From assembly GCA_040954595.2 (NCBI GenBank), contig CM082576.2, positions 3,508,760-3,572,759 on the forward strand: a stretch of 64,000 bases of DNA, written 5' to 3'. Numbering within the stretch: the first letter of the stretch is position 1; every line of letters starts with the position of its first letter. This document shows, piece after piece, positions 1-17,337 of this stretch. A program made the position numbers and the translations under genes. Origin of the DNA: Balanoglossus misakiensis (lineage: Eukaryota; Animalia; Hemichordata). The notes beneath the pieces are model-generated. The model saw only the letters and a program-made list of their open reading frames with translations, did not search any database and had not been told where the DNA came from.

Positions 1-7
1 TCCGCAG

Positions 8-4349
<4,342 letters not shown>

Positions 4350-6457
4350 AAAAATAAATCCGATCTTGAGGCGCGACTGGCTTGAATAGTAATTGGCAGT
4401 TACTGTGCAAGAGATGAGAAAACTGTGGTCAGCAAATTCAAGTGTAAATTTTATTTGGCAACAGTAGGAGTGTTTCTTCCCCACCAAAAAGTGACTGATG
4501 GTGTGGTATAAGTGTGTTAAAGCTACACATTTTCATGGATGCAAATTTTACCAGTGAATGTAGATGTGTGATTTGAATTTTGAAAGTTGTTTCATCATTT
4601 TAGTTTTTATTTGGGGGGGGGGTCATATTATGGATTCTTCAAGGCCCGTCTTGTACAAAATGAACCCCTTTCAACACACACACTCAAGTTTTGCTCAAGG
4701 TGAGATTGACCTTCAGGCACTGTGACATCTGTGTATTAATTAGAGAAAAAAATGAAACAGAAAGTCCTGTTTCATTTTATGTTTGCCATTTGATCACTTG
4801 TAGTGGAGTATGCCTCATATGCTGAAGTTGAATTTAACTCATTTAAGCAGGATATGCTCTCTCCTGTATTTTTGCATCTTTATGCAACCAGAGGGCCAAA
4901 CATATGTTACCTATTCTAGTCACTGTAAAACTATATTAGGGAATTTTTGGCCATATATGTTGGAGAGTGAATTCAGGCACTGTATACACTGACTTTCAAT
5001 AGCCGCATAGAAGAGCCACCTACATTTCTATTGTACATATTCTGCTATATTGATGATTTTGTCCCAAACTACAATATTTTGCAGACTTTGATTATACTCT
5101 GCAAGCAATGAAACTTTGTTATTTTGTGGTGCACATACATAGGATGGGAAAGCTTGGTCATCTGAGTTTACAACTCTGTCACCACCAGTCCTACCCAGGT
5201 TTATAACCCAGTGTAAAAAAAAATTGTATTTTCGCATTTTGTGGTTGCTGTGTAATGATGCATGTGCATCAGTTGTTAGGTTTATATTCTGTCAGGGGCG
5301 TTTTATGTTTCAGATTTCCTGGTGTTGTTGTTAAGAGTTTCATTGGCTCTTGAAATTGAATGATTTTACTGATTGGGTAGGTTAATCGTATCTTCAAAAA
5401 AGGCTGTAACTCTGAAACACATGCTGTACTGCTACATTTTGCATGATTAACAACGGGTCAGGCACCTTGCTTGAGATTTGGCAATTTTGGAGCAAACAGG
5501 AGCCACTGGTATAATACCAAGCCATTGTCATCACATTAAAATATTGACATTGAGCTGCTTATGTCAGGAAGAAAACACGATTGCAAGAATTCTTTATCAA
5601 CTCATAGTTTTAATTATACATACCATTTCTTTTTTCCGTGAAGTTCAGGGCTACATACAAGACCAATAGTGAACTGAATTTTAAAAAAATGAAGTTTATT
5701 GGTCAATTCCATTTGTAACCTTGGTAACCATTCTACATCTTGCCTCAAGCTCGCAGTTAGTGCGAGAACATATGTAATTCTGTTTTGATATGCTAACCCT
5801 TGAACATTAATGAGCAGCTGAACAGATACAAATGTACTGAAAATATATATTTTGTAATGCTTCATTGTTTATCATTTTGTGGTGACAAAAATCTGAAATA
5901 ACAAAAATACCTTGTGGTAACGCGGTGTTCACAGCTTGAATGTTGTCGCGCCTAACTTGTGTTGTAAAAGATCAGAAACTCTCTATCGCAATTAATTCAC
6001 ACAGTTTTTATGCATGCAAATCATGAGCATTGTCAATCATTTTAAGCAAAAGCGATGTTTTTTTGGAAATCATGCAGCCATGGAAAAAATGCACTTTTAT
6101 CCCCTGAAGTCAATCCCCAGAAGAATTGAGGAAGATGTGAAAATTGTCTGCAGTTATGCAGCGATTTCTTTGGTGTTGAGATTGTCCAATCATGACAGAT
6201 TTCATTTGGAAGATCTTTTAAGGAGTGTTGTGTAGTGTACGAACTTGCCCTTTTACTGTAGTTAAGTTTCTCGGCATTTGTTCTATTTTACCTCATGCAG
6301 GGAATACTAATTTATATAGATGAGCGTAGAAGGAACTTAATTTTTTAATGGGAGCAATATTAGTATGATATGTAACTATTTAAATGTATGGAAAAAATAC
6401 AGCAAGAATTATATAGTATAGGTATAGTGTAGTGAATCTGATAGCATATAAAGTGAC

Positions 6458-6463
6458 AATAAA
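6458..6463 (+). terminator. Probable PC polyadenylation signal ending a ~2.1 kb 3' UTR
   Basis: AATAAA at the end of an AT-rich stretch with no recognisable ORF, immediately before the next gene start. Confidence 0.5.
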
Positions 6464-6599
6464 AACTGCATTTATGTAAAAAAATGCATCCAATTTGTCT
6501 CAGTGTACGAAAAGTTGGCATCTGTTACTGTAATGAGGTCCGAGTTTATCGGAAAGTCAAACTGTGGCGCTGAGGGCGCTCACCAAACAGTAAATCAAG

Positions 6600-8336
6600 A
6601 TGGCAGCTCCCAGGCTGTGTCGTGAAGGCATGTCATATGTCACGGTAAGAAAGCTGCAAGAAAAGTACTGCAAGTCGATCATTATTTCTGGTAATGGGTT
6701 TCTGCGTATCTGCAGCCCGACCTAGCCCTGGGTACAGGTCTGTGTGCTCCCGACGTTACACGGCCTCCACACTATAACGCCGGGAACATGCATACGTTTT
6801 ATGGCCTTACATACACCTCTATGCATCAATCGACATAATTTGTGAGGCCATACTCAAAGCAGAATGAACGTACAGATAATGACAGTTGTGTTGACATTAC
6901 AGATGCAGTCTAGGTGTATCTCTCAAGTGTTGACACCCAGGTCACTTTGCAGGAGACATTTAAAAGCTGTAAATTCTTGCATACAGCCGTTGAGACCTAT
7001 GTCAGTGTTTTCCTATTGGAAGGAGAAATACACTGAAAAGCAAGAATTTCTCCTCAAAGCAAAAAATGTGTGAGTATTATAGTAAGAAGAAAGTAAAGTC
7101 CTGTCTCGGGTTGAATGTACAAATAGCTTATACTGGCACTCAGTGACTACAGTCATAGTGTATGTGATGTCAGAAACAGGTGAAACACCAAAAGTATATT
7201 AGCCGTTTACTGCCACAGATAATGATGTAGTATGAAGCAAGACGCACAGCATCCTTTGTATAGTGAAAATAGTAAAAGAAAGCATTTTGGATGGAAAGTA
7301 GAGTTGAAAAACTGACATTGTTTCTTGTGTGCTGTTCTATCCTAGTCTTTCCGAGAAGCGTGTTGATTACTGGGGTACCGAGCTGGCAGCCGCACACTGG
7401 CTGCTGTACCACAACGCAGCAATTCAGTTTACAAATGGAGAGTGGTATATGAAGAACAGGAAGGGGCGTTATTACCTTCCTCGGCAAAGAGTCAAGGGTG
7501 AATACATCAGAGCTGTAGATGCCAAGGCCACTCAGATTACCTATGAAGGACTTGACAACATTAGTAAGTTTGTAATTTGTATACGAGACCTCACATGAGT
7601 CAACTTTTCATTTGAGTAGACTTCATGCCTCACTCTTCCTACTTCTGATGTGAAAAGATTTTTCCAGAGACATGGATGTAAAGTTCTGTTCACAGGAAGT
7701 TTGGTGTTTTCCAAAGATATTGCCACACAGAACACTGTAATAACACAACTTTGTCTACCCAAATTTATCTATTTTCAGTCTGTTTGAAGCACTTGAAGTT
7801 TCTGAGTCTTGAGAGGAGTCCGTACATCGATGATTTCTGTCTGGCCAAATTGTACCATTTCAGGGACAGTTTAACACATCTCAATATTAAAGGATGTCCG
7901 CAGATATCTGAGAGGGGTCTGGCAACTTTACATCACCTGAGGTGAGATTTTAGAACCTCTTCTCTATTTGTAATGACAATCAGCTCTGACAGCCTAAATA
8001 ATGGAAAACACAAGGTTCAGGAAGAAAATAAGAAAATACATGTCTACTCATCAAATGAGCGGAAACTATCACACATGCTTTACATGCTGAGTTGTATTTT
8101 TGAAATTTCTGACACGAAATGTTGTCAATTTCAGGAAACTTGAAAAGCTGAATATGAGAGACTTACCCAAAGTGGACAACATTCAACTTGTGGCCGTAAT
8201 GCTGGAGGACGTGTTGCCCAACTTGAAACTCGATGTCATCTCAGCGCATGTGGACATGCATGCTGAACACAGAGAAAAAGGCGGGACCACGGATGCCAGG
8301 ACTGAGGGTGTTGATCGTGAAAACACCCAGAGATAG
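6600..8336 (+). CDS. DMAC2: Distal membrane-arm assembly component 2 (ATP synthase subunit s-like) family mitochondrial protein; exons ~6600-6644, 6903-7069, 7346-7563, 7779-7941, 8135-8336
   Basis: Arg-rich, presequence-like N-terminus; [16 protein letters not shown]...EW; [17 protein letters not shown]; LRR-like [36 protein letters not shown]; [10 protein letters not shown]. Exon phases are consistent. Confidence 0.82.
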
Positions 8337-8939
8337 TGGTTGCTTGCTGGTGAGTCAGATAAGGAACGTGTACAAGACATTCAGAAAGGATACACCACCA
8401 AGAGAAGTAATCTTCTACAACCTTAGTGTGGCAGTTGAAATCAGTTGAATTACTTTTGTATTTGGAATGAGTTGTGTCCCTATACCTGAAAGGGTAGACA
8501 TGAATGCGAACAAAAAACCTGGACCAACTTGCAACATATTGGCAGAGCTGAGGGGTGATGTGATTGACGCCCTCTAGTGTTCATGATTTGAACATCTTGA
8601 CATCCCATTACCCAAGGATTGAAGAATGTGATCTCCCTTAGAAAACAGTTTGGTGATAAGCTGATAATGTTGTCCTTGTAGAGTATTTCCCCCCAAGGTT
8701 CTCCTGCAGTAGACAAGAACGCTATATTTGTCTCCAAATCAAGGAATAGTCAAACATGGCTTTGGCTATGGTGTGTCCTCAAACCCCAAAAATGTCTTCG
8801 TAAGAAGGACTTGACAATATTACCACACTCATAAATATGGCACTTTTATTTTAATCAAAAATACAAAGAAATTCATTAAGTACTGTCCTTTTTCTGCTCG
8901 CCCCAAAATTTCACTTCCTGAAAATAGAGACCCTATGAA

Positions 8940-11900
8940 TCAATCATCTTCTCTTTTATACAAATTGATGATGCCCTCTTTGTCCAGATCGTTCCACAGT
9001 TTGAGTTCCTGGTTGAAGTCGTGGTTCGCGTAGTAGACAAACTTGGTGAAACTCGTATCATAGTAGTGAGTTGTGTACTTTCTGAAGTTCACCCCGAAGC
9101 CATACGCGCTGACCTCGTCGCATGTGTGAATGGCGGCAATCAGCATCAAGGCTCCGGTGCTGGGTCTGTTGATGCGCGCGTATCTCCTGGGAGAGTTTAT
9201 CCAGCTGGAAACAAAGTCAGAACTTGATGTTGGCATTACTCCCTACTGAGTCAACAAGTTAGATATTTCTGTACTCACTGTACTAACAATTTTGACCAAA
9301 CGTGACAAAAATTGCTCGCAAACACACATTAGAAGAAAAAGAAGATCCTTCACCAAAGAAGAATTTTTGACCAAAATTGGGGAAAATGAGAACAAAATTG
9401 CAAGATACAGACAGACAGTTTACATCATATCAGATCAAATATGTCAGTAATAACCAACACATCTTGCAAAACGCGAAAATTTTAATTCACTTACAAGAAT
9501 TCCATGTAGCGTTGGAAATCAGGATGTAACATCTTAAAGTCTTCGACCTTGACAGTTTTACCAAAGTTTGGTACTCCCCTTGATGATACAAGCAAGACAG
9601 GAACATTTGTTATTTAATTTTTGTCTCAGAAGAAGGAAATCGAAATATACACTGTATTGCATGGTTCCTTTACGTACCTGTGCTTGGGGTCTCTCGCTTT
9701 GAAATCTGCATCTGGTTTCCCAGAAGCTCTGTTTTCCACCAAAATATAGTCCGCCTTTTCACATGGCAGTATTAGGTAATGGATATTCTGTGAGTGAATA
9801 ATGTGGTAAGAACGAGTAGAATAGTTTGTGTGATCATCGCAACCTTGTTTTGACAGTGTCAAATTTGTTTGATATAAACAGCGATAAAAACAAAAGTACA
9901 TGTAATGCGAAAGAGTACTACAAACAAACAAGCCAAACTTTTCTGTTTACCTCATCATGTGGAGCCACTGTAAACCCAAATCTGCGACCTACCAAGAGCG
10001 AATTTCTCAACGTTGTCATGGTGAATGCATAATGAGTTGTCTTCTTCCCGACGTCGACTTCATGTCCAGCGGTGGCAGCTATATTCACCCTGGAGTGACG
10101 TCAGAAATGTGACGTCAAATCAGGCCCAGGCTGGTGTCACAGTTAGATCTCAGTAGGGTCAATATCTGTACCACGTATCATCACGAAGTACGTGCAGTAA
10201 TATCACTTATTACAGAAGTTTTTCCAACTTGTAGCTCTGAACGTAATAATTTGAACAAGCTTCAAGATTTTGCATTACCTGAAAACGTAGTCATGATCGT
10301 CGATTTCTTTGCCCTTTCTTGACCCATTAAGAATTCCTCCGCCTCCGATGACAGCACAGCGAATGCATCCCGTGTTGTTCCCGGTTTTGTCTTTCAGGTG
10401 GAGACCGGCATCAAACATGTAACGGTGACCAGGTGTGTTCAGGTGCTTCAACGTCTCTTTGACCCCTGTCCGAAAAGGTCATTTTAGGGGAGTGAGTTGT
10501 TGGCCTCAATATATCCCGTTTCAAAATCCAGTGTGGACGATTATGGACTATTAAAATAAAACTATAGCAAGGGTAGATCGGTAAAGAAGTAATCTGAAAC
10601 ATTAACCGAACCAGTTTACAAATATAGTTAAGAACGGAATATCTGTAAATCGCGATTCACATTATATATCTGGCATCAATATCAGCTGATTTGCACACAC
10701 TCGTGCAGTTCATCGTAGTTTGTACAGAAATACCTTCAAAGGTCATTTGTTCCCAACCATAACAACTCCAGAATTTGCTAAGTCTCTCGTACTCATCTGC
10801 AGTGACGGACTCATTCCAGATCAAGACCGGAACATCGGGTATATAGCGATCTTTGAAAATTTCGCTTTCCGCAAGTTTCTTCCGAGGATTTGTAGGGCAT
10901 TGCTGCAAAGAAAGTGGACGAGAACAGCATAAGTAAACAGCCCATTTTGTAAACAACGACTTACCTCCTTTCTGGCCGAAGACGCAGAGTAAAGACAGGG
11001 AAAAACTATGCAAAGACGCTTTTCATTCGATATTCGTTGAAGCAATCAAGATTCCGCCGAACTCTCTGGTTTTCAAATCGGGTGCGAGCAATACAACGCG
11101 CATGTAAACGTGTAGGGGTTTTCACTTACCATATAACTTTTGTAACTATCATCATGTATGAATGTCTTAAATTCTGTTTCCGAGGGTAGCTCCTTTTCCT
11201 TCGGTTTTCCAGCATCAGGCGGCTTTCCATCGCCCTTCGAGGTGTTCGCCGCCAAGTTAGTATTGTTGACTGTACTCTTCTTGGGAGTTGCTGTAGTCTC
11301 CTTCAAGGTGTTACTTCCCGTGTTATTTACGGCTACATTCTTCCCGGTAGCCGTTGGTTCCGCTGATCCGTTCCGATGTTTATTTGGCGCCACCGTAGAT
11401 ACGCTCGCAGTTGTAATATTGGAAAGTCTTTTATCGTCGTTTGGTGGCCGTCTGACCGTTTCACCTGTTTCACCTGTCGGTCTCTTAGTCGTAGCGACTT
11501 TAACGGCGCTTGCATGTTCCTGTGAAGTGACTGTCGCCGTGAAAGATTTCCTGGCTGTTTGCCTAATGGGACTGAAAGATATTGGGCATAGCTAGTACAG
11601 TTTCCCGACTCAAGAGAGACGTGAAGCTACGTCCCAAAATGGTGCCAGTGTAAAATGTCGCCATCGGAACACCAAAACGTTTGATCGTGATAAAATATTG
11701 AAAAGGCCTCGAGTTCGACTTTTGAGTGCGCTTAATACTAAAATTGTGATAACAACGAAAACGTACGTGACACTTGCATCATTGCAGATCGAGCAGAAAA
11801 CGACGTTGACAACACGCACAACTTTAAAATAAGAAGAGAGAGAGAGAGCCAATTGCAGTCATGGTGGTCATTTACCTGTAGCTGTTAGTCTGGTGTCGCA

Positions 11901-12060
11901 GATAAACCGCAGTACAGATGATGGCGACCACTGTTAAGCCAACCAATATCTGTACGACACGTGGTATACTGGCGATTCTGTGAAAATATGCATGGAATTG
12001 TTTTAATCGGCGTGATCCGAAAAAAAGACGATCAGTAGAGATCGATATTTCAAACATCAT
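8940..12060 (-). CDS. ST6GALNAC1/2-like alpha-2,6-sialyltransferase (GT29), copy A; exons ~12060-11876, 11571-11130, 10902-10734, 10465-10279, 10089-9951, 9787-9678, 9578-9495, 9204-8940
   Basis: Type II TM segment, Thr/Lys/Asn-rich stem, sialylmotif L ([32 protein letters not shown]), S (RPSTGALMLIAAIHTCDEVSAYGF), III (HYYD) and VS (HDFNQE). Minus-strand AATAAA at 8845-8850. Confidence 0.93.
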
Positions 12061-13949
12061 CCGTGCCAATTTTGATGCAAATGACGAGAAACCACCACCA
12101 GGTGAAACTGTCAGCTGTCATTCAAAATATGTTATCGTCAACATGAATCATGTAATGGAGTACACGACAATTCCGTCAGAACTTCTCGTCTCAAAGTGTA
12201 CATGTAATGATATCTGTCTGCATTCGCAATAACCCGAGCTTTGCTTTGCTTTGCTTTGCTTTGAGATTAATTAATATTACGTCATGCTTAGACTGTCCGC
12301 ATTGACGCGCATAACTCGATTGTACGGACGGACAGCGAGAAAAACAATATGTCAGCAACACACCACACGAAACATTGCGTGGCAAACATGTCCTTGGCCG
12401 GGCGTTCAACCTTTGAGCTATTGAGGAAATGCTTTTCTTGAACGGCATAGTAGGCCAGGCGAGATTCCAGAATGAAAACCATGAACCCAAACTGTCACTG
12501 AGACACACGGTAGTAAAAGTACTGAGTCAAGCTGTCCCTCGTCTCCGCCGGCTTCGAAAGTTAGTACAGTCTGGTGAAGAAGGAAGAGACTTACCTGGCC
12601 ATAACCTTATCATGGCCTCAGACAAGGCAAAGGTGATAGTCAATAGGTATCGTTGTCCATATTAGACTAGCGACTGCAGCTGTATATTTCGTCACCGTGA
12701 CTTTGTGGCCTGTGGTCGGTACACAATCACAAGTCTATAGCTACATTCGACCGCTGTCGCTCGACACTGTTGTAAACTTGATTCGGCAGACTTCACAATT
12801 CAAGATCCGACCACTCCTGATAGCAACACGCACGACTGACTGGTTTCTCAATTTGCATACCATATTATGTCGGCCAGCTCCACCCCCACGCGACCCATGC
12901 CATGCATGAAGCCACAGACACTAGAAAAGTCTATGACTAAGCTCACACTCCACAATGAAATGAAGAATGTAAGGCGATTTGTATATCACCGTTGGGTCCG
13001 GAGTTGGGGTAAAATATGTTGTTGTTGTACACCTATTTTAGTTCCGAATAACTTCCTCTGAAAAGGGTCGTCTGTGTACGTCCGAAACGTTAGGGAAATT
13101 AAAAAGATCGTTTGAAAAGTAGCAGATGGGTCTTGTCAAATACTTTTCACACCTCATGAATACATTATCTGCAAGCACCCGCTGCAAATTCCACATATGG
13201 ACTGTGGTTGGACTTTTCCCCCGCTTGATATTCATCACTATAAAAATTTAACATTTGAACTAAACATTGAAAATACAAATTAGAAATGATTTGAAGAAGA
13301 AATTGCCCCCAAATCCATATTTTCACAATGTTGACAACTTATTACATAAAACATAAACAGAGGCACAATTTTATTTATATTTACATTGATTCAAATATTT
13401 TATGAAAATGTGCAATGGATAATGTGGCACTGAGATTATTTAAATATTAAGTACGAAGCAAACGTCCACGTTTTACCGGATATATGAAAACATGAACCAG
13501 TACATTGTCAAAGTGATAGTTCTAGACAAGATAAATCTAATTTGAAAGAAATTCCTCACAGGAGACAGAATTTTGCGGTATGCACGCTCTTTACAACAAA
13601 TCGATCGTTTCCAGGTTTCCCTATGTACAAGAGATCTCTTGATTATTAGTGTCAATCATAGACCCTATAGTGTCAATGAACTCCTCTCGCTGCCAGAAGG
13701 CTTTTATTGTCACAAAAGTACGATATTCACCACCGTACGACTACTATGCATGTCTAAAGGTAAAGGTGGCAGGCGTGATTACTCCTCAGGCGACCAACAA
13801 TTCACAGCAGCACGTTCACCGTGACATTGACAACACCAAGAAAATCCTCTCAGAAAGTGAACTTTCCCTCGCGAGAACAACGTACAACGCGGTTCCATCA
13901 CTACACACACGCCAATACAAAGTGCACATCTTAGGAATCAGCCTTTACT

Positions 13950-16900
13950 CTATCCCTTATACAATTTGATGATGCCCTCTTTGTCCAGATCATTCCACAG
14001 TTTGAGTTCCTGGTTGAAATCGTGGTTCGCGTAGTAGACAAACTTGGTGTATTTCTTATCGTAGTAGTGAGTTGTGTACTTTCTGAAGTTGACACCGAAG
14101 CCGTACGCGCTGACCTCGTCGCACGTGTGAATGGCAGCGATCAGCATCAAGGCTCCGGTGCTGGGTCTGTTAACGTGTTGGAATCTTCTGCGGGAGTTTA
14201 TCCAGCTGAAAAAAAACAGAAACAGTCGCTGGTGTTAATATGCTTTATTATCAGTTCACGACGCGAGTTTCCACCCTGACATATTGTGCTAATAAATGAA
14301 AATTCCGATAATATGGTACACTGTGCACGATTAAACAGCCCTTATGTGATTGGATGACATACCAGGATTCTAAAGCTACACCGCATGCATATATTGGACT
14401 GTGTACAGTGAAGGTTTGTTTGGAAGAGGCACTACCTCACCACAGCACAGCACACCACACCATTCGCACAACATTATAAATCGTTTTGTTCACTTACAAG
14501 AATTCCATGTAGCGTTGGAAATCAGGATGAAGCATCTTAAAGTCTTCTGCCTTGACAGTTTTACCAAAGTTCGGCACCCCTCTTGATGATATAGAGAGTG
14601 CAGAGTGTTAGTGGAAATTTTGCTTGTGGAAGTTTCTGAGTAGATATGTCACTAACCAAATACGTGTATGAGCTTATATGGTTTTGACGGAACATACAAT
14701 CTCTCCTTTCGAGCTAAATGACAAACTTAATCCAATTTTGAGAAGGACGGGCGTCATCATTATTGGTATTTGCTGCGAGATTCTAATCAATACTGAAGAA
14801 CCATTCATCCATCATTTACCTGTGTTTGGGATCTTTTGCTTTGAAATCGTTCTGTGATTTGCCGGTTGCTCTGTTGCCTACTAAGAAATAGTCCGACTTT
14901 TCACATGGTAGTACCAAGTAGTGAGTATTCTGTTCGAGAGAAAAAATGTCAGTAACAATAAAATTATGGCTTTTCTGCGAAATTTACCTCTGCCATTTCA
15001 GTGGAGTTTGACGTGAACTATATATGTTGCTATGGCCAGATGTTTGTTAGTTAGAAACCATTACCCTGCAGTGATTGAAGTTAATTCGATTGAAAAATTT
15101 GATTGCCAGCTGTATGCAGTACAGATGAGGTGAGCGTTTTCAGAACTGCGACTCTATGGTGAACCCTGAACCTGTCTGACCCAATGTGACTGTCACAGCA
15201 ATTTGCGTCATTCAACAGTGATGGATTACCTTGTCATGCGGAGCTGTTTTGAATCCATATTTCCTACCGCCCAGGAGAGAATTTCTCAAGGTTGTCATGG
15301 TGAACGCATAATGGGTTGTTTTCTTCCCGACGTCAGCTTCGTGCCCGACAGTGATAGCCTTGTTCACCCTGAGATACCAGGAAAAAAATATGCTACCATA
15401 AACATAAGATTACCCCCTTTTTGTTTGTTTACCATGGTTTCTTCCAGTTGCAACTTTCTACGAAAATGGGATGGGGTGGGGGAGAGACTCGTCTTCGGGT
15501 GATGTGACTAACACGTCGGCTATTGACAAATAGGAAAGACCTTTTGCGCTTCAAAATTGTGTATTTTCTGGAGACTTTCACATTGGCATTACCTGGAAGC
15601 AAATCCATTACACAACTGGCGGCTGTAATGCTGAGAACACCTGCAGGTCTGAGGCTACTTATTTCTACAAGCTTCAAGATTTTGCATTTATACCTGAAAA
15701 CGTAGTCATGATCATCGATTTCTTTGCCCTTTCTTGACCCATTAAGAATTCCTCCACCTCCGATGACAGCACAGCGAATGCATCCCGTGTTGTTGCCGGT
15801 TTTGTCTTTCAGGTGGAGACCGGCATCAAACATGTAACGGTGACCAGGTGTGTTCAGGTGCTTCAACGTCTCTTTGACTCCTGCAAGAAATCATTCAAGC
15901 AAGAAGGAGAGTAATACTCCAGTTTCGCGTTGAAATATTTATGTGTACTACCGCATCATAGAAGCACGGCCTGTGGAAAAACCTACTTCAAGTCACCAAA
16001 GCCCGCAGCCAGTGCATCCACGTGCAAGAAACATGATAATATGTGAAAACTCAGTAATATGCCATCCTGGAATGTAAAACTCGATTACAGATCACATTAC
16101 TCAATGTGGTTTTAGGCTACCATCATTATCGTTGCCCGATCAGTTGTTGAAATAGAGGCATTGTTTTAAACATTACCTTCAAAGGACATGTGTTGCCAAC
16201 CATAGCAACCCCAGAACTGACTAAGCCTCTCGTACTCTTCTGCAGTGACGGACTCATTCCACATCAAGACTGGAACATCCGGTATATAGCGATCTTTGAA
16301 CAGTTTGCTCTCCGCAAGTCGCTTCCGAGGGTTTGTGGGGCATTGCTGCAGAGAACGAGGGTGAACGACGCTGTTTGAAAGCCATAGATACATGCATAGA
16401 TCCATACAATTGAAGGGCGATTTTTTCATTTTGCTTCATTTCGAAGTCAACTTATACCATCAAAATGCCCAGCATGATTTTCAAGACATAAAAAAGCGTT
16501 CTGCCTTCGGTATCTACAACTTAGAAAGGGCAAACTTTATTGTACAGTTACGCTCCATTCTTGAACAGGTCCAAATCTTCATACTTACCATGTACTTTTC
16601 ATAACTGTCATCATGTCTGAACCTCTTGAATTCAGATTCCGGGGGTAATTTTGCGTTAGTTTTCTTGGATTTCTTCGCTTCGGGCGTATTTCTGTCGACT
16701 TTTGAAGCGTCGTTTTTAGTCAAATTATAGTTCGCCGTGTTATTCTTCTTGGCAGCAGTTGGTGCCACTAGAGATGTCTCGTTTCGACGTCCTTCCGACG
16801 CCGCTTGAGTTGCGATCTCGCGTGTGCCATTCGAAGGATTCCCATGGCCAGTGGGACGTGCTGCTTCACCAGATCGTCTCTTGACCGCCTTGTCAAGTGT

Positions 16901-17337
16901 ACCCTCTTCTTGGGAATTGCTCGAGGTTTGTCTGAGGAGACCAAATTGTAATTCACGTTTTATTTCAGTCCAGTGTGGCCATCCGGAACGAAACTCACAT
17001 ATACCTGAACCGATTTAATTCAAACTTGGCAGGACGACAGTAAACTATGACACATAGACTCGTCGATTTGGATTGTGATATGATCCGAAGCACCCGCCAG
17101 GGCGCTTGAAGGTTTTATATATTCCCTGGTAATTCCACACCTCGCTTCGACAATTAAAAAGGTCGACATCAATTCCATTTATCAGAATGAGATAATTTAC
17201 CTGTATTTGCTGCCCTCAAGTAGTCGCAAATGAACTACAGCAGCGCAGAGGATGATTACCGTCAAGACACTCAATATCTTTAAGAGACGAGGTAAACTGA
17301 TGATTCTGCAAGGAACAATTCGTACATTTTGAAGCAT
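13950..17337 (-). CDS. ST6GALNAC1/2-like alpha-2,6-sialyltransferase (GT29), copy B; 8 coding exons with the same structure as copy A
   Basis: First exon MLQNVRIVPCRIISLPRLLKILSVLTVIILCAAVVHLR (17337-17201), stem exon 16931-16589, and the same sialylmotifs L/S/III/VS; ends KLYKG-stop at 13950. Confidence 0.93.

Noticed and set aside
11158-11595. 145-aa hydrophobic + strand ORF that looks like a membrane protein
   Set aside because: It is the antisense of the Lys/Thr/Asn-rich sialyltransferase stem exon.
12589-12599. ACTTACCTGGC resembling the U1 snRNA 5' end (also at 18306)
   Set aside because: No downstream U1 sequence follows. It is the reverse complement of a consensus splice donor.
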